A stretch of 64,000 nucleotides of DNA from Chthoniobacterales bacterium (GCA_038207335.1 JBBQZX010000003.1:160001-224000); one strand, 5' to 3'. Shown: positions 18,166 through 30,176, counted from the stretch's first letter. Numbers and translations: made by a program. Notes: generated by a model from the sequence alone, not told the origin.

Positions 18166-19443
18166 TTAGCGCGTCATCGCGCGCTTCATCTGCCGGCCAG
18201 CTCTCGCGAGCTTTTGTACATCGATCCGCTCGCGCACTTTTTCCCAAATCCCCCGGCCCAATCCCGCAGCCAGCGGCACCGCCGCGAGCGCCAGTGCACG
18301 GGAGCCGTGCGCGACTTCCTGCGCAGGCGTGCGCAGCGGTTTCTCCGCTTTTTTCAAAAGAAGCCCGAGCACGTAACCGCCCGCGATCGACGCGATCACG
18401 CTCACCGCCGGGCTCTCGCGAAAGTAGCGAGGCACGTCGGCCATGCTCTTCGGAAAGTCCGCGGTTGGGGGGGGCGTGTAGATGGGAACCGGGACGATTG
18501 CGCCGGGAGACTCGTTCTTGCTCGGCGTGAGCCCCTGCTGTGCGCGCATTTCGGCGGTCACGGCCACGGCGTATTCATTGGGCTCGATCGTGAAGCCGGT
18601 TGCCTTCGCATAAATCTGAGTGAATTCCGCGCCGAAAAGCAGGATGCACGACGCATAGTAAACCCACAGCAGCAGCAGCACCACGGAGGCCGCCGCTCCA
18701 TAGGTCGAGGCGGTGCTTTCGCGGCCTAGGTAGAGCGAAAGTCCGAGCTTCCCGAGGTCGAACAGCAGCGCCGTCACGGCGGCACCGATCCAAACGTGTT
18801 TCCAGTCCACCGTCGTGTCCGGCAGGACTTTGAAGATCATTGCGAAGAGAAACGTGATGACGACGAAGGAGAGGAGAAATTCCGCGGTAGTCAAAATGAA
18901 CGGTGGCAGAGGCATGTGTCGGCCGAGGTAGTGGCTGAACCCCGTGAGTGCGGTGCTCATCAACAGCGAGATGAGCAGCAAAAAGCCAATCACTGCGACC
19001 ATTCCAAACGACAGGACACGCTGATGGAGAAAGCCTTTGAAGCCCAAACCCGGCTTGGACTTCACCTCCCAGATGGTGTTCAGCGCATCCTTAAGCTGGC
19101 CGAAGATTGCGGACGCGCCGAGTAGCAGCGTGAGGATGCCGACGATCGTCGCGATCTTGCTTTCGGATGGCTGACTCGCGCTTTTTACCATCGCTTGCAC
19201 GCCCTCGGCAGCCTTCGCGCCGAGCATGCCGGAAAGCTGTGTATCCAGCTCACCGGTGACCGCTTCCTGCCCGAGAAACAGTCCTGCAAGTGCGATCATG
19301 ATGACCAGCAGCGGCGCGATGGAAAACGTCGTGTAATAAGCGAGCGCCGCACTGAGCCGCAGCGCGTTGTCCTCCATCCACGCGTTGAAGGTGTCCTTCA
19401 ATAGTCCAAAAATGAAACGCCAGTCGCGCCAGTTGTTTTTCAC
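18166..19443 (-). CDS. YihY/virulence factor BrkB family membrane protein with C-terminal extension
   Basis: LSAALAYYTTFS, LNTIW, YGAAASVVLLLLWVYY, LLFGAEF; start uncertain (GTG 19443; ORF open to 19509). Confidence 0.9.
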   Translation of the reverse strand: MKNNWRDWRFIFGLLKDTFNAWMEDNALRLSAALAYYTTFSIAPLLVIMIALAGLFLGQEAVTGELDTQLSGMLGAKAAEGVQAMVKSASQPSESKIATIVGILTLLLGASAIFGQLKDALNTIWEVKSKPGLGFKGFLHQRVLSFGMVAVIGFLLLISLLMSTALTGFSHYLGRHMPLPPFILTTAEFLLSFVVITFLFAMIFKVLPDTTVDWKHVWIGAAVTALLFDLGKLGLSLYLGRESTASTYGAAASVVLLLLWVYYASCILLFGAEFTQIYAKATGFTIEPNEYAVAVTAEMRAQQGLTPSKNESPGAIVPVPIYTPPPTADFPKSMADVPRYFRESPAVSVIASIAGGYVLGLLLKKAEKPLRTPAQEVAHGSRALALAAVPLAAGLGRGIWEKVRERIDVQKLARAGRQMKRAMTR

Positions 19444-19680
19444 AACGCCGAATCGGAGCGGGCGAACCCAATAGACGTATCGGAGACGTCCGCGGCCTTG
19501 ACTCGGCACGGCTTCGCGGGCCGGTCACGAGGGAGCAAACTCGGTGTTAAAAATCGCGCGGAGCCTCAGGCAATAGCGGTGTTCCGAGGCGCTTAGTGCT
19601 GGCGCGCGGGAGGATTGGCACGAGGAGAATGCTTGGCAGTTGGATTGAGGGCAAAGGTTTCGGCTTGTCGTGTGTATTGA

Positions 19681-19700
19681 ATATGCGTTTTCGTGCATAT
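19681..19700. promoter_or_regulatory. Palindromic candidate operator ATATGC-N8-GCATAT
   Basis: Perfect 6-bp inverted repeat in an AT-rich patch 38 nt upstream of the PEP-CTERM gene. Confidence 0.35.
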
Positions 19701-19738
19701 GCGCGCCTGCGCAACTCTCAAAACCCACGTCTCAATCC

Positions 19739-20500
19739 ATGCTTACCTTCACCCTCTCCGATTCCCGCTTTGCGCGTTCATTTCACTCGGCTCGTCGTCT
19801 GAGCACCGTGATCTCGGCGATCGCGCTTTTCGGCGCTTCTGCGTTGCTCTCGCAGGCGGCACCGATCCTAGTTCCGAACTTTTCCTTCGAGAGTCCCGAC
19901 ATCGTCTATGCATCGGGAGGGCCAATCGATAGTTGGACCAAGATCGAGCCTCAGGCGCCGCAGGTGGGTCTCTTTGACAACCCACCGGTGAATTCGCCGC
20001 AGGGCGATCACATCGACAACCCGGATGGCGCGCAATTCGCCTTTGTCTTTGCCGGGCCGGGAATCGGACTTTTTCAGGAACTCACTACCACTTATCAAGC
20101 GGGCAAATATTACACCCTGACCGTGGCGGTCGGTGGTGGCGGCGGAAATATGGCCTACGGGACGACGCTCCAGTTGCGGCTATATTATTTGGATGCCCTG
20201 AATGTGAAAGTGAATCTCGCCACGAAGGACATTGTCTTCGATGCCGCGCTGGATGCGCTGGATCCGCAGCCGATCAATCATCTTTTCGACTACACGGCCT
20301 CGACGCCGGTGGCGATCACGTCGGCACTGGTGGGAAAAGCGATCGGGGTGGAGATTATTGGCACCGCGGGGGATGGAGGCGGGTATTGGGATGTGGATAA
20401 CGTCCGCGTAGAGGTGGTCCCTGAGCCGTCGGTCGTCGGCCTCCTCATGCTTGGTTTTGTAGGCGCTGGTCTAATTCGCCGGCGCCGCTCGGCCGCGTAG
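19739..20500 (+). CDS. PEP-CTERM sorting-domain surface protein
   Basis: Signal peptide; NFSFESP carbohydrate-binding-like start; C-terminal VPEPS + TM + RRRR. Confidence 0.92.
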   Translation: MLTFTLSDSRFARSFHSARRLSTVISAIALFGASALLSQAAPILVPNFSFESPDIVYASGGPIDSWTKIEPQAPQVGLFDNPPVNSPQGDHIDNPDGAQFAFVFAGPGIGLFQELTTTYQAGKYYTLTVAVGGGGGNMAYGTTLQLRLYYLDALNVKVNLATKDIVFDAALDALDPQPINHLFDYTASTPVAITSALVGKAIGVEIIGTAGDGGGYWDVDNVRVEVVPEPSVVGLLMLGFVGAGLIRRRRSAA

Positions 20501-20523
20501 ATCGGTGCACAGCCCGACGAGTC

Positions 20524-21294
20524 GTGAAAATGCGCCGGGGCTTCACGCTCGTCGAACTGTTGGTCGTCATCGCGATCATCGGCACGCTGGCCGCGCTGCT
20601 GTTGCCTGCGCTGGAGCGCGTGCGCGATCAGGCGCGTTCGGCGGGCTGCATCTCGAACCTTCGCCAAATCGGATCAGGCATTTTCGCTTACGCGGGCGAC
20701 AACGAGAACAAGATCCCTTACGGCCCGAAGGCTCCTCCCTACACGAACGCGGCGAGCTTTTACCCCTCGACCGGCTCTCCCACGAGCCTCATTTCGCTGC
20801 AAGACGGCCGCCCCGTCGCGCTCGGACTGCTGTTGGAGAAATACCTCACGAATACACCGCGCGTGCTTTCCTGCCCGGGAAACGATCAGGGCCTTGAGGC
20901 CAGCCTGGAACTCGCGAAGGTGGGAAAGGCTCAGGCGCAGTGCGGCTACTACTATCGGCACGGCGGAAACGTGCAGATCTTCGATCCACGCGGAGGACTG
21001 GAGGAGCCGCCGCTTCATCTTTCTGCGCTCGGTGACAATCGCCGTGGGAAGCCAATACGCGCGCTGGTCATCGACACTCTTTTCGTCGCCCCGCCGGAAC
21101 TAAAATCTTTCAACGTTGTGAGTTTCACCAACCATCGGGAGAAAATCGCCAACATCCTCTTCACCGACGGGCATGTCGCGTCGCGCGCCAATGCCGATGC
21201 CCGGTTCTCAGTCGATCTGCGCGACCTCTCGCAGCTCCGCAGCGCTTTCGATAAAATTCTGAACGTCTTTGAAACGGCCGACGAGGAGCCGTAG
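20524..21294 (+). CDS. Prepilin-type N-terminal cleavage/methylation protein with H-X9-DG motif
   Basis: [51 protein letters not shown]. Confidence 0.92.
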   Translation: MKMRRGFTLVELLVVIAIIGTLAALLLPALERVRDQARSAGCISNLRQIGSGIFAYAGDNENKIPYGPKAPPYTNAASFYPSTGSPTSLISLQDGRPVALGLLLEKYLTNTPRVLSCPGNDQGLEASLELAKVGKAQAQCGYYYRHGGNVQIFDPRGGLEEPPLHLSALGDNRRGKPIRALVIDTLFVAPPELKSFNVVSFTNHREKIANILFTDGHVASRANADARFSVDLRDLSQLRSAFDKILNVFETADEEP

Positions 21295-21297
21295 CGG

Positions 21298-21603
21298 CTA
21301 ACAGGCCAACTGGTCGAAATCGAAAGTGCAGCAGCCGAAATCGAGGGTGCGTCCTTCATTTTGCAGGCGCTTCCGCACGCTCTCAACCACGTAATATTCT
21401 CGCCGGCTGCCATCCGGCCGCACCTTGACGATACCGGCCTCGCGCAGGATGCGCAGATGTTTGGAGATGTTGTACTGCGTGGAGTCGAGGGCGATGGAGA
21501 GTTCGTTCACGCCGCGCGGCTCGGCGAGCAGGGCCTTCACGATGCGAGTGCGGGAGCGTTCCGCGAGCGCCTTGAGGATGGAGGTGCAGTCTTTTTCCGG
21601 CAT
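21298..21603 (-). CDS. ArsR/SmtB-family transcriptional regulator
   Basis: LKALAERSRTRIV, VNELS, NISKHLRILREAGIV; C-terminal GCC...C. Confidence 0.9.
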   Translation of the reverse strand: MPEKDCTSILKALAERSRTRIVKALLAEPRGVNELSIALDSTQYNISKHLRILREAGIVKVRPDGSRREYYVVESVRKRLQNEGRTLDFGCCTFDFDQLAC

Positions 21604-21731
21604 CGCGAAGGCATGATACGGCTGGGCTGCGGGTATCGGCAAGGACAGGCAGCGGCGCACTATTCGATTGAACCGACGGCGCTTCCCGCGAGGATGCGCG
21701 CTCGTTTCCCGGCCCTCACTTTTCGCTTCCA

Positions 21732-23615
21732 TTGACTCGTCCGCAGCGCATCGAACTGCTCATTTTCACCGCCTGCTTTTTCGCGTTCGCGTACTTTCAC
21801 CAAGGCGGCGGGTGGAATCAAAACGGGCGCTTCGCCGAGGTGCGCGCGATGGCGGAGGAGGGGCGCTTCGCGGTCGATGATTTCATGATCTACGAGGTCG
21901 TGCCGGGCAGCGATGTGCTGCGGCGAAATCCCGTCGATCACGCGGAATACGAGCGCGGCGGGAAGCGCTTCCGCCTCTCGTGGGTGGACATGGAATGGAA
22001 TCTTTTCCCGATCAATACCGACCCGATGCCGGCCGGCGTGGAAAAGGCCGCGCTGATCGAGCCCGCAGTCTCCGGCGATCTCGGATACGTTCCGTGGACA
22101 GGCCACTTTCATCCGAACAAACCACCCGGCACATCGTTCATCGGGCTTCCCGCGTATTTCATCCTGATGCACGCGGAAAGGGCCATGGGCCTTGATCCCG
22201 ACCATTGGTGGGTGCTCACGCTGAATGCTTGGCTCACCACCGTTTGCAGCGTCGGCCTCATCTCCGCGCTTGGCTGTGTGCTCTTTTTCCGTCTCGCCCG
22301 CGAGCTCTCCGGCGGCGCGCTTTTGCCAGCGCTTTTGGCGACACTCACGCTCGCTTTTGGCACGACGTTTTTTCCGTTTGCCACGATATTTTTCGACCAT
22401 GCGCTGACCGCCTCGTTGCTCGTCGCGGCGTTCTATTTTCTCCGCTGCCGCGACTCGAAGATCGGCTGGCTTCTCGCGGGCATGTGCGCCGGATTCGCCG
22501 CGGTGACGAACTACATCGCCGCCGTCGCCGTGATTTTTCTCGGCCTCCACGCTCTGCTCGGCACGCGCCGTTTGCATTGGCGCGCGGCCGCATTTTTCAG
22601 CCTCGGCGTGCTCGGCCCGCTGCTCCTGATTTGCTGGTACGGCTGGGTCTGCTTCGGCTCGCCGTTCAAGATCAACAACGACTTTCAAAACCCGCTCTTC
22701 CGCGAGACGCGGCCCGCGCTGCTCGGCATGTTCGTCATCCCGCAGTCGATGGCCGAGTTCGCGAAACTCGGATACTTCGCCGGCCTTCTCACGGTCTCGC
22801 CCTTTCGCGGGCTGCTCTTTTTTTCGCCTGTCCTCGTGATGAGCGGATACGGCCTTTTCATCTGGCTCCGCGAAAAATCGCACCTCGCGGAGGCGCGCCT
22901 TTGCCTCGCGATCTTCGGCTTTTTCTTCCTCGTGAACATGACGTTCAACGGCTACCACGGCGGCTTCTCCGCGGGGCCGCGATACCTCGTGCCGGGGCTG
23001 CCTTTTCTCGCGCTGCCGCTCGTCGTGGCGTTCGCCCGCTGGAGGAAAACCACCGCCGCCCTCGCGCTCGTCGCGGGGTTCAACCAACTGCTCCTCACCG
23101 CGACCGACGCGCAAAATCCCGTCGGCGTAGGCGGCCACGCACGCGTCGAGGGGAAGCGCGAGGAGTGGGATTACAACCCGATCGCGGACTATGCCTGGCC
23201 GCTCTTTTTCCACGGCCGCGCGTGGCCGCTCCTCGAGCAGCAGATCGATTTGCAGATGGAAAAAGAGACCGACCGCATCGAGTCGCAGACCAGCGATCCG
23301 GCCGAGCAGCAGCGCGAGATCGAAGCCGTCCGCGCGGAGCTTCGCGACACTGTGCAACGTGGAGAGCCGTCGCCCTTTCTCCTCGCCTCCGTCGTCGGCC
23401 CCGTCTCGGTTGTTCCCATCGGCACGTTCGAGGGTCTCTTCACCTACGACTTCTTTCCGCCCAGCTCCGTTCAATGCCGCTGGGCCTCGTTCAACATCGG
23501 CGAATTCATCTTCCCGCAGAGCCGCTGGAGCCTCCTGCCGCTCCTGCTCGTGAGCGGAAGCCTCATCACGGGAGCCGTCTTTCTCTCGCGCCGCGCAGAC
23601 TCGGTCGCGCGCTGA
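21732..23615 (+). CDS. Polytopic membrane protein, probable GT-C-fold glycosyltransferase
   Basis: Many hydrophobic helices; NKPPG, RGLLFFSP and GPRYLVP motifs; TTG start. Confidence 0.6.
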   Translation: MTRPQRIELLIFTACFFAFAYFHQGGGWNQNGRFAEVRAMAEEGRFAVDDFMIYEVVPGSDVLRRNPVDHAEYERGGKRFRLSWVDMEWNLFPINTDPMPAGVEKAALIEPAVSGDLGYVPWTGHFHPNKPPGTSFIGLPAYFILMHAERAMGLDPDHWWVLTLNAWLTTVCSVGLISALGCVLFFRLARELSGGALLPALLATLTLAFGTTFFPFATIFFDHALTASLLVAAFYFLRCRDSKIGWLLAGMCAGFAAVTNYIAAVAVIFLGLHALLGTRRLHWRAAAFFSLGVLGPLLLICWYGWVCFGSPFKINNDFQNPLFRETRPALLGMFVIPQSMAEFAKLGYFAGLLTVSPFRGLLFFSPVLVMSGYGLFIWLREKSHLAEARLCLAIFGFFFLVNMTFNGYHGGFSAGPRYLVPGLPFLALPLVVAFARWRKTTAALALVAGFNQLLLTATDAQNPVGVGGHARVEGKREEWDYNPIADYAWPLFFHGRAWPLLEQQIDLQMEKETDRIESQTSDPAEQQREIEAVRAELRDTVQRGEPSPFLLASVVGPVSVVPIGTFEGLFTYDFFPPSSVQCRWASFNIGEFIFPQSRWSLLPLLLVSGSLITGAVFLSRRADSVAR

Positions 23616-23687
23616 TTTTTCAAGATCTCGCGAGAAGCGGCGTGCAGGTCGAAATTGTCGCGGTCAAAAAAAAACTGAAATTATTTC

Positions 23688-23716
23688 TTGTCACGGTGCC
23701 GGAGTGCCCCTACAAA
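23688..23716 (+). promoter_or_regulatory. Sigma70-like promoter P1 upstream of rpsL
   Basis: TTGTCA-N17-TACAAA preceded by an A-tract (UP-element-like). Confidence 0.55.
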
Positions 23717-23869
23717 GCTCACCCCTTCGCGCTCTCCTGTGGTTTCCACCACACGCTCTCGCGGCTCTCGGATTCGTCCGGCGGGTCCCTGAGCGAGGTA
23801 CCCCGGGAGTCGTGGAATGGTTCGCAGTTCGCTGCGGAAAAGAATTTGAGCGCAGCACGGATTTTTCGC

Positions 23870-23897
23870 TTGCCAGGTCTGGCGATCCCTCTACTGT
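23870..23897 (+). promoter_or_regulatory. Sigma70-like promoter P2 upstream of rpsL
   Basis: TTGCCA-N16-TACTGT. Confidence 0.45.
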
Positions 23898-24009
23898 CCG
23901 CGCTCCCCGCCGCCGGTAGGTTCGCTCCTCATCGGCTTTGGCGGGTTTTTCATCCCCGGAAGTCGGGGGTGGATGGAGCGAAAAAAACAAAGACACTCAC
24001 TCACCTCGA

Positions 24010-24432
24010 ATGCCAACGATCAACCAGCTCGTCCGCAAAGGTCGCAAAAAGGTTTCCGTCAAATCGAAATCTCCCGCGCTGACCAATTGCCCGTTCCGCC
24101 GCGGCGTCTGCACGCAGGTCATGACGCGCACGCCGAAGAAGCCGAACTCTGCGCTGCGAAAAGTCGCGAAAGTCCGTCTCACCAATGGCTACGAGGTCAT
24201 CGCCTACATTCCCGGTGAAGGTCACAATTTGCAGGAGCATTCAATCGTCCTCGTCCGCGGCGGTCGCGTGAAAGATCTGCCCGGCGTCCGATATCACATC
24301 GTCCGCGGCACGCTCGACGCCCTCGGGGTGGATGGCCGCCGCCGCAGCCGTTCCAAATACGGAGCGAAGCGTCCGAAACCCGGTGCCGAGGCGGAAGCCA
24401 AGGGCAAGGGCGGAAAAGGCAAAAAGAAGTAA
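24010..24432 (+). CDS. rpsL: 30S ribosomal protein S12
   Basis: [35 protein letters not shown]. Confidence 0.99.
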   Translation: MPTINQLVRKGRKKVSVKSKSPALTNCPFRRGVCTQVMTRTPKKPNSALRKVAKVRLTNGYEVIAYIPGEGHNLQEHSIVLVRGGRVKDLPGVRYHIVRGTLDALGVDGRRRSRSKYGAKRPKPGAEAEAKGKGGKGKKK

Positions 24433-24456
24433 TTTTCAAAATCACTCACCGCACAC

Positions 24457-24930
24457 ATGTCACGTCGTCGCCGAGTCATTCACAAAGAAGAGAAGCTGGA
24501 CAGCCGCTATGGCAGCCCGGTCGTCGCACGCCTCATCGCCACGGTGATGAAAAGCGGCAAGAAATCGCTCGCCGAGCGCATCGTCTATTCCGCAATCGAG
24601 GAAACTCGCGTCGGCACCGATGCAGTCGATCCGCTCGAGACGCTACACAAGGCGATGGACAACGTGAAACCGCGTCTTGAAGTCAAGAGCCGTCGCGTCG
24701 GTGGTGCGACCTATCAAGTCCCGATGGAAGTCCCCGCGGGTCGCCAAGTCGCGCTCGCGATGCGCTGGATCGTCGGCTTTGCTCAAAAGCGCAAAAGCAT
24801 CCCGCTCAAAAAGGCGCTCGCGAATGAGCTCAAGGAAGCCGCGGCAGGACAGGGAAACGCGATGAAAAAGCGCGACGACACCCACAAGATGGCTCAGGCG
24901 AACCGCGCCTTTGCGCACTTCCGCTTCTAG
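24457..24930 (+). CDS. rpsG: 30S ribosomal protein S7
   Basis: [29 protein letters not shown]. Confidence 0.99.
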   Translation: MSRRRRVIHKEEKLDSRYGSPVVARLIATVMKSGKKSLAERIVYSAIEETRVGTDAVDPLETLHKAMDNVKPRLEVKSRRVGGATYQVPMEVPAGRQVALAMRWIVGFAQKRKSIPLKKALANELKEAAAGQGNAMKKRDDTHKMAQANRAFAHFRF

Positions 24931-24952
24931 AACGCTCAGACCTTTCCGCACT

Positions 24953-27121
24953 ATGCCCGCCGTCGCAGAAACCGCTGTCACAACGAACCCGAATTCCCCC
25001 AATCGAGCCTACCCGCTCGAAAGGACACGGAACATCGGCATCGCTGCGCACATCGATGCCGGCAAGACGACGCTGACCGAGCGCGTCCTTTTTTACACTG
25101 GCATGATCCATAAGATCGGCGAGGTGCATGAGGGCACGACTGTCACCGATTGGATGGAGCAGGAGCGCGAGCGCGGCATCACGATCACCTCGGCGGCGAC
25201 GACTTGCTTTTGGACTCAAAAGCCGGAACCCACGATTTACAAGGCGTATGACGGCATCAAGATGCGCGTCAATATCATCGACACTCCCGGCCACGTCGAT
25301 TTCACCGCGGAAGTCGAGCGCTCGCTTCGCGTGCTCGATGGCGCGATCGCCGTCTTCTGTGCGGTTGCCGGTGTGCAGCCGCAGTCCGAAACCGTCTGGC
25401 GTCAGGCGACGAAGTATAAAGTCCCGCGCATCGCGTTCGTCAACAAGATGGATCGCACTGGTGCCAACTTTGACAACGCGATCAATGACATGCGCACGAA
25501 GCTTGGGGCAAATGCCTGGCCCGTGCTGATCCCGCTCGGTCGCGAAGATTATCTCCGCGGCCAGCTCGATGTCATCAATAAGAAAGCGGTGATCTACTCG
25601 GACAGTGATGTCATGGGTTCGGTTTACACCATCGAGGAGATTCCGGCGGAATTCATCGACTTGGTGGACAAGGCTTATAACGATCTCGTGACCGCGATCT
25701 CTGATCTCGATGAAGAGATCGGGGAGGCATTCCTCGAGGAAAAGCCAATCAGCCCTGAAATGCTCAAGGCAGGCATCCGTCGCCAGACCATCGCCAATAA
25801 TTTCGTGCCTGTTGTCGGCGGCTCAGCTTTCAAGAACAAAGGCGTCCAATATCTCGTCGATGCAGTCATCGACTACCTCCCGAGTCCGATCGATATTCCT
25901 CCTGCGCGGGGCCAAGATCCTGACACCGGTGCACCTGTCGAGATAGCGTCGGATGACAATGCAAAGTTCTGCTCGTTGGCTTTCAAGCTCTGGAGCGATC
26001 CCTTCGTCGGCAAACTCGTCTTTTTCCGCATCTACAGCGGGAAGCTCACGAAAGGCGACACCGTCTATAATCCCCGCACGAACAAGCGCGATCGGATCAG
26101 CCGCCTGATTCAGATCCAGGCCGACAAGCGCGAAGACATCGACACGATCTACTCCGGCGACATCGCCGCCATCGTCGGCATTAAGAATGTCACCACCGGT
26201 GACACGCTTTGCGACGAAGACCGCACCATCCTTCTCGAGCCGCCGTCCTTCCCTGATCCCGTCATCTCGATGGCGATCGAGCCGAAGACCAAACTCGACC
26301 AGGAGAAGATGTCCCTCGCGCTTCAGCGTCTCGCGGAAGAGGACCCCACTTTTCGAGTCTTCACCAATGTGGACACTGGCCAGACGATCATCGCTGGAAT
26401 GGGTGAGCTTCACCTCGAAATCATCCGTGACCGGATGATGCGCGAGTTCAAGGTCGATGCAAACGCGGGAAAGCCTCAAATCGCTTACCGCGAGACGATT
26501 ACGAAGCCTGCGCAAGGCGACGGAAAGCTTATCAAGCAGTCCGGCGGTCGCGGTCAATACGGCCACGTCGTCGTCAATGTCCGTCCTGCCGAGCGCGGCA
26601 AGGGTCTCACGATCGAGAACGAAGTGGTCGGCGGAACGATCCCGAAAGAATACATCCCGGCCTGTAAAAAAGGCATCGAAGAAGCAGTGCTCAACGGTAT
26701 TGTCGGTGGATACCCCGTCATCGACGTCGAAGTCGATATCATCGACGGAAGCTACCACGACGTTGACTCGAATGAGCTGGCTTTCAAAATGGCCGCAATT
26801 TTCGCGGTGAAGGATGCCTTCAAGAAAGCGAACGCCATCCTGCTCGAGCCGATCATGAAGGTCGAGAACAGCACGCCGGATGAGTATCAGGGCGACATCA
26901 TGGGCGACCTGAACCGCCGTCGCGGCAAGATCATGAGCATCGAGTCGAAGAACAACCTGAGCATCATCACTGCCGAGGTCCCGCTCGCCGAGATGTTTGG
27001 ATACTCGACTGCGATCCGTTCGCTTTCAAAAGGCCGTTCGAGCTACTCGATGGAGCCCTCCCACTTTGAGCAAGTCCCAGCGCAAGTGCTGGCAGCCGTC
27101 CTCGACCAGAAAGGCAAGTAA
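24953..27121 (+). CDS. fusA: Elongation factor G
   Basis: [43 protein letters not shown]. Confidence 0.99.
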   Translation: MPAVAETAVTTNPNSPNRAYPLERTRNIGIAAHIDAGKTTLTERVLFYTGMIHKIGEVHEGTTVTDWMEQERERGITITSAATTCFWTQKPEPTIYKAYDGIKMRVNIIDTPGHVDFTAEVERSLRVLDGAIAVFCAVAGVQPQSETVWRQATKYKVPRIAFVNKMDRTGANFDNAINDMRTKLGANAWPVLIPLGREDYLRGQLDVINKKAVIYSDSDVMGSVYTIEEIPAEFIDLVDKAYNDLVTAISDLDEEIGEAFLEEKPISPEMLKAGIRRQTIANNFVPVVGGSAFKNKGVQYLVDAVIDYLPSPIDIPPARGQDPDTGAPVEIASDDNAKFCSLAFKLWSDPFVGKLVFFRIYSGKLTKGDTVYNPRTNKRDRISRLIQIQADKREDIDTIYSGDIAAIVGIKNVTTGDTLCDEDRTILLEPPSFPDPVISMAIEPKTKLDQEKMSLALQRLAEEDPTFRVFTNVDTGQTIIAGMGELHLEIIRDRMMREFKVDANAGKPQIAYRETITKPAQGDGKLIKQSGGRGQYGHVVVNVRPAERGKGLTIENEVVGGTIPKEYIPACKKGIEEAVLNGIVGGYPVIDVEVDIIDGSYHDVDSNELAFKMAAIFAVKDAFKKANAILLEPIMKVENSTPDEYQGDIMGDLNRRRGKIMSIESKNNLSIITAEVPLAEMFGYSTAIRSLSKGRSSYSMEPSHFEQVPAQVLAAVLDQKGK

Positions 27122-27126
27122 CATTT

Positions 27127-27435
27127 ATGACCGGACAACGCATACGCATCCGTCTCAAAGCATTCGACTTCCGAATGCTCGACACCTCCGCGGCTGAAAT
27201 CGTGGAGACGGCCAAACGCACGGGCGCACAGGTCGCCGGCCCGATTCCGCTCCCTACGCGGATCGAAAAGTTCACCGTCAACCGCTCCCCGCATGTCGAT
27301 AAAAAATCGATGGAGCAGTTTGAAATCCGCACCCACAAACGGCTGCTCGATATCATCGAGCCTACGGCCAAGACCGTGGATGAGCTCAAGAAGCTCAACC
27401 TCCCGGCTGGCGTGGACATCACCATCAAGATCTGA
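27127..27435 (+). CDS. rpsJ: 30S ribosomal protein S10
   Basis: [29 protein letters not shown]. Confidence 0.99.
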   Translation: MTGQRIRIRLKAFDFRMLDTSAAEIVETAKRTGAQVAGPIPLPTRIEKFTVNRSPHVDKKSMEQFEIRTHKRLLDIIEPTAKTVDELKKLNLPAGVDITIKI

Positions 27436-27449
27436 CGACCCGCACGAGC

Positions 27450-28100
27450 ATGAAAATCGGATTGCTAGGCAAAAAACTCGGGATGACCCGCGTCTATGAT
27501 GACAAGGGAACGGCGACTGCCGTGACTGTCATCGAAGCAGGTGGAAACACCGCGACGCAAATCAAGACTCAAGACACGGATGGCTATACTGCTGTGCAGG
27601 TTGGCTTCGACGCACAAAAGCCACAGCGTCTTCCGCAGCCCCTCATCGGGCACTTCAAAAAGTCCGGCAGCGAGCCCAAAAAGTTGATGAAGGAGTTTCG
27701 TCTCCCGGATGGCACGAGCCTCGAAGGCGCGATCGACTTGAGCGTCAATCAGTTCGCACCTGGTGATGTGGTCGATGTGATCGGCCAGTCGAAAGGCAAG
27801 GGATTCCAAGGTGTCGTGCGCAGGCACAACATGGACGGGCAGCCCATGTCGCACGGCTCGATGATGCACCGCCGAAATGGTGCAATCGGCAACCGTTCCA
27901 CTCCGGGCCGCATCTGGAAGAACATGGGAATGCCTGGTCACATGGGTGACGAGCGCGTGACCGTGCAGAACCTGCGAGTCCTTCAAGTGCGCGAAGCCGA
28001 AGGTCTCATCCTCATCACCGGCGCAGTCCCCGGCGCGAACGGCAGCTACGTCGTCGTCCGCCCCGCGAAGAAGGCCAAGAAAACGGAGGCCGCGAAATAA
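27450..28100 (+). CDS. rplC: 50S ribosomal protein L3
   Basis: [29 protein letters not shown]. Confidence 0.99.
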   Translation: MKIGLLGKKLGMTRVYDDKGTATAVTVIEAGGNTATQIKTQDTDGYTAVQVGFDAQKPQRLPQPLIGHFKKSGSEPKKLMKEFRLPDGTSLEGAIDLSVNQFAPGDVVDVIGQSKGKGFQGVVRRHNMDGQPMSHGSMMHRRNGAIGNRSTPGRIWKNMGMPGHMGDERVTVQNLRVLQVREAEGLILITGAVPGANGSYVVVRPAKKAKKTEAAK

Positions 28101-28714
28101 TGAGCGCAACAGTCCTAACATTTGAAGCCGCCAAGAAGGCGAACATCGCCGTCATCGAAAACGGCAAAGGCACGCAAGCTGTGCACGACGTGGTTGTCGC
28201 CATGCGCGCCGCCCGCCGCAGCGGAACGGCCAATACCAAGAGCAAGGCCGACGTAAACCTGAGCGGTGCCAAACCGTGGCGCCAAAAAGGCACCGGCCGC
28301 GCCCGCGCCGGATACAAGTCGTCCCCGGTTTGGGTTGGTGGTGGTGTCGTTTTCGGCCCGAAGCCGCGCGACTACACGAAGAAGGTTTCGAAGTCCACGC
28401 GCCGCCTCGCATTGCGCAAAGCGCTGAGCGCCCGCATCTCCGCTGGCGAAGTGCTTGTGGTTCCAGAGTTCGCGGTGTCCGAGCCCAAGACCAAAGCGTT
28501 CCTTGCTGCCGTCGCCGCGATTACACCGGAATCGAAAGTGCTCATCGTCAGCCGTGCTTTTGACGACAAGACCTACCTCGCGGGCCGTAATGTCCAGCCG
28601 ATGCTCCTGATGACTTCGGCAGAAGTGAACACCGAGCAGTTGCTCGGCTTCAAAGCGGTGATCGTGACCAACGACGCGCTCGAGCAATTTGCAGAAAGGA
28701 CTTCGATCCGATGA
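28100..28714 (+). CDS. rplD: 50S ribosomal protein L4
   Basis: [27 protein letters not shown]. Confidence 0.98.
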   Translation: MSATVLTFEAAKKANIAVIENGKGTQAVHDVVVAMRAARRSGTANTKSKADVNLSGAKPWRQKGTGRARAGYKSSPVWVGGGVVFGPKPRDYTKKVSKSTRRLALRKALSARISAGEVLVVPEFAVSEPKTKAFLAAVAAITPESKVLIVSRAFDDKTYLAGRNVQPMLLMTSAEVNTEQLLGFKAVIVTNDALEQFAERTSIR

Positions 28715-28998
28715 ATAATGAACCGTACGACATCGTTGAAACGGTCCGCCTGACTGAGAAGGCAACCCTTCTCGCTGAATCGCTCAACAAATACGTCTTC
28801 CGCGTCAATCCACGCGCCAATAAGGTACAGATCAAACAGGCGATCGAGACACTTTTCAAAAAGACTGTCGTGGCCGTCAACACCGCCAACTACGCGGGCA
28901 AAAAAAAGCGTGAGCGCACCGCATCTTACGGCCGCAAGGCTCACTGGAAGAAGGCGATCGTGACGCTGAAGGACGGCGACAAGATCGACCTCGCCTAA
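28711..28998 (+). CDS. rplW: 50S ribosomal protein L23
   Basis: [23 protein letters not shown]. Confidence 0.98.
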   Translation: MNNEPYDIVETVRLTEKATLLAESLNKYVFRVNPRANKVQIKQAIETLFKKTVVAVNTANYAGKKKRERTASYGRKAHWKKAIVTLKDGDKIDLA

Positions 28999-29011
28999 CC
29001 AAAGAACTGTC

Positions 29012-29863
29012 ATGGCACTCAAAACATTTCGTCCATTCACGCCGGCCAATCGCTACAAAGCGTTGCCGTCGTTCGAGGAGATCACCAAGTCGAAGCCGGA
29101 GAAGTCCCTTCTCGAAGTCAAGAAGCGCTCGGGTGGTCGTAACTCTTACGGTCGCATCACGACGCGTCACATCGGCGGCGGTCACAAGCAGAAGTATCGC
29201 ATCATCGACTTCAAGCGCCGCAAGCGTGGCATTGTCGCGGAAGTGATCGGGATCGAGTATGATCCGAACCGCACCGCTCGCATCGCGCTGCTTCAATACA
29301 CCGATGGTGAGAAGACTTACATCCTCGCTCCGGTCGGCCTTATGGTCGGCGCGAAGTTGAGCGCCGGTGAAAAGGCGGCGCCAGAAGTCGGCAACGCGCT
29401 TCCGCTGAAAAGCATTCCGCTCGGCACCTCGATCCACAACGTCGAACTCGTTCCAGGCAAAGGCGGACAAATCGCCCGCAGCGCCGGACAACTTGTCATC
29501 TTGAACAACCGCGAATCGGGATACGCCTTGGTGCGGATGCCGTCCGGTGAAATCCGCAAGATTCACGAAGAATGCTACGCCACGATCGGCCAAGTCGGTA
29601 ACGTCGAGCACATGAATGTCTCCTCGGGCAAAGCAGGCCGCAGCCGCTGGCAGGGTGTGCGTCCTACCGTCCGCGGTATGGTGATGAACCCGGTCGATCA
29701 CCCGATGGGTGGCGGACAGGGCAAGTCCAAAGGCGGTGGTGGTCGCCAGCATCCCGAGTCGCCTTGGGGTCAGCTCGCAAAGGGCTTCAAGACCCGTCGT
29801 AAACATCATCCGAGCAACGACTTCATCGTCGCCCGCCGGCCATCCAAGAAGAAGTCCAAGTAA
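29012..29863 (+). CDS. rplB: 50S ribosomal protein L2
   Basis: [29 protein letters not shown]. Confidence 0.99.
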   Translation: MALKTFRPFTPANRYKALPSFEEITKSKPEKSLLEVKKRSGGRNSYGRITTRHIGGGHKQKYRIIDFKRRKRGIVAEVIGIEYDPNRTARIALLQYTDGEKTYILAPVGLMVGAKLSAGEKAAPEVGNALPLKSIPLGTSIHNVELVPGKGGQIARSAGQLVILNNRESGYALVRMPSGEIRKIHEECYATIGQVGNVEHMNVSSGKAGRSRWQGVRPTVRGMVMNPVDHPMGGGQGKSKGGGGRQHPESPWGQLAKGFKTRRKHHPSNDFIVARRPSKKKSK

Positions 29864-29878
29864 CCCAATCTAGTAATT

Positions 29879-30157
29879 ATGGGACGTTCCCTTAAAAAAG
29901 GTCCTTTCGTCGAGCAGCACCTCTTCGAGAAAATGGACAAAATGAATGGCACAGGCGTCAAGAAGCCGATCAAGACTTGGTCGCGCCGATCGACGATCAC
30001 GCCAGAGTTCGTGGGCCACACCTTTTTGGTTCACAACGGCAAAATCTTTAACTCCGTGTTCGTCACGGAAAACATGGTGGGACACAAGCTTGGTGAATTT
30101 TCGCCCACGCGAATTTTCAAGAAGCATGGGTCGCACACCGCGAAGGTGACCAAGTAA
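29879..30157 (+). CDS. rpsS: 30S ribosomal protein S19
   Basis: [30 protein letters not shown]. Confidence 0.99.
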   Translation: MGRSLKKGPFVEQHLFEKMDKMNGTGVKKPIKTWSRRSTITPEFVGHTFLVHNGKIFNSVFVTENMVGHKLGEFSPTRIFKKHGSHTAKVTK

Positions 30158-30176
30158 CCGGGACGGGAGCTTCGAT

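Noticed and set aside
21660..24082. Long overlapping ORFs (604 aa minus, 625 aa plus)
   Set aside because: Arg/Ala-rich alternative frames of the membrane-protein gene
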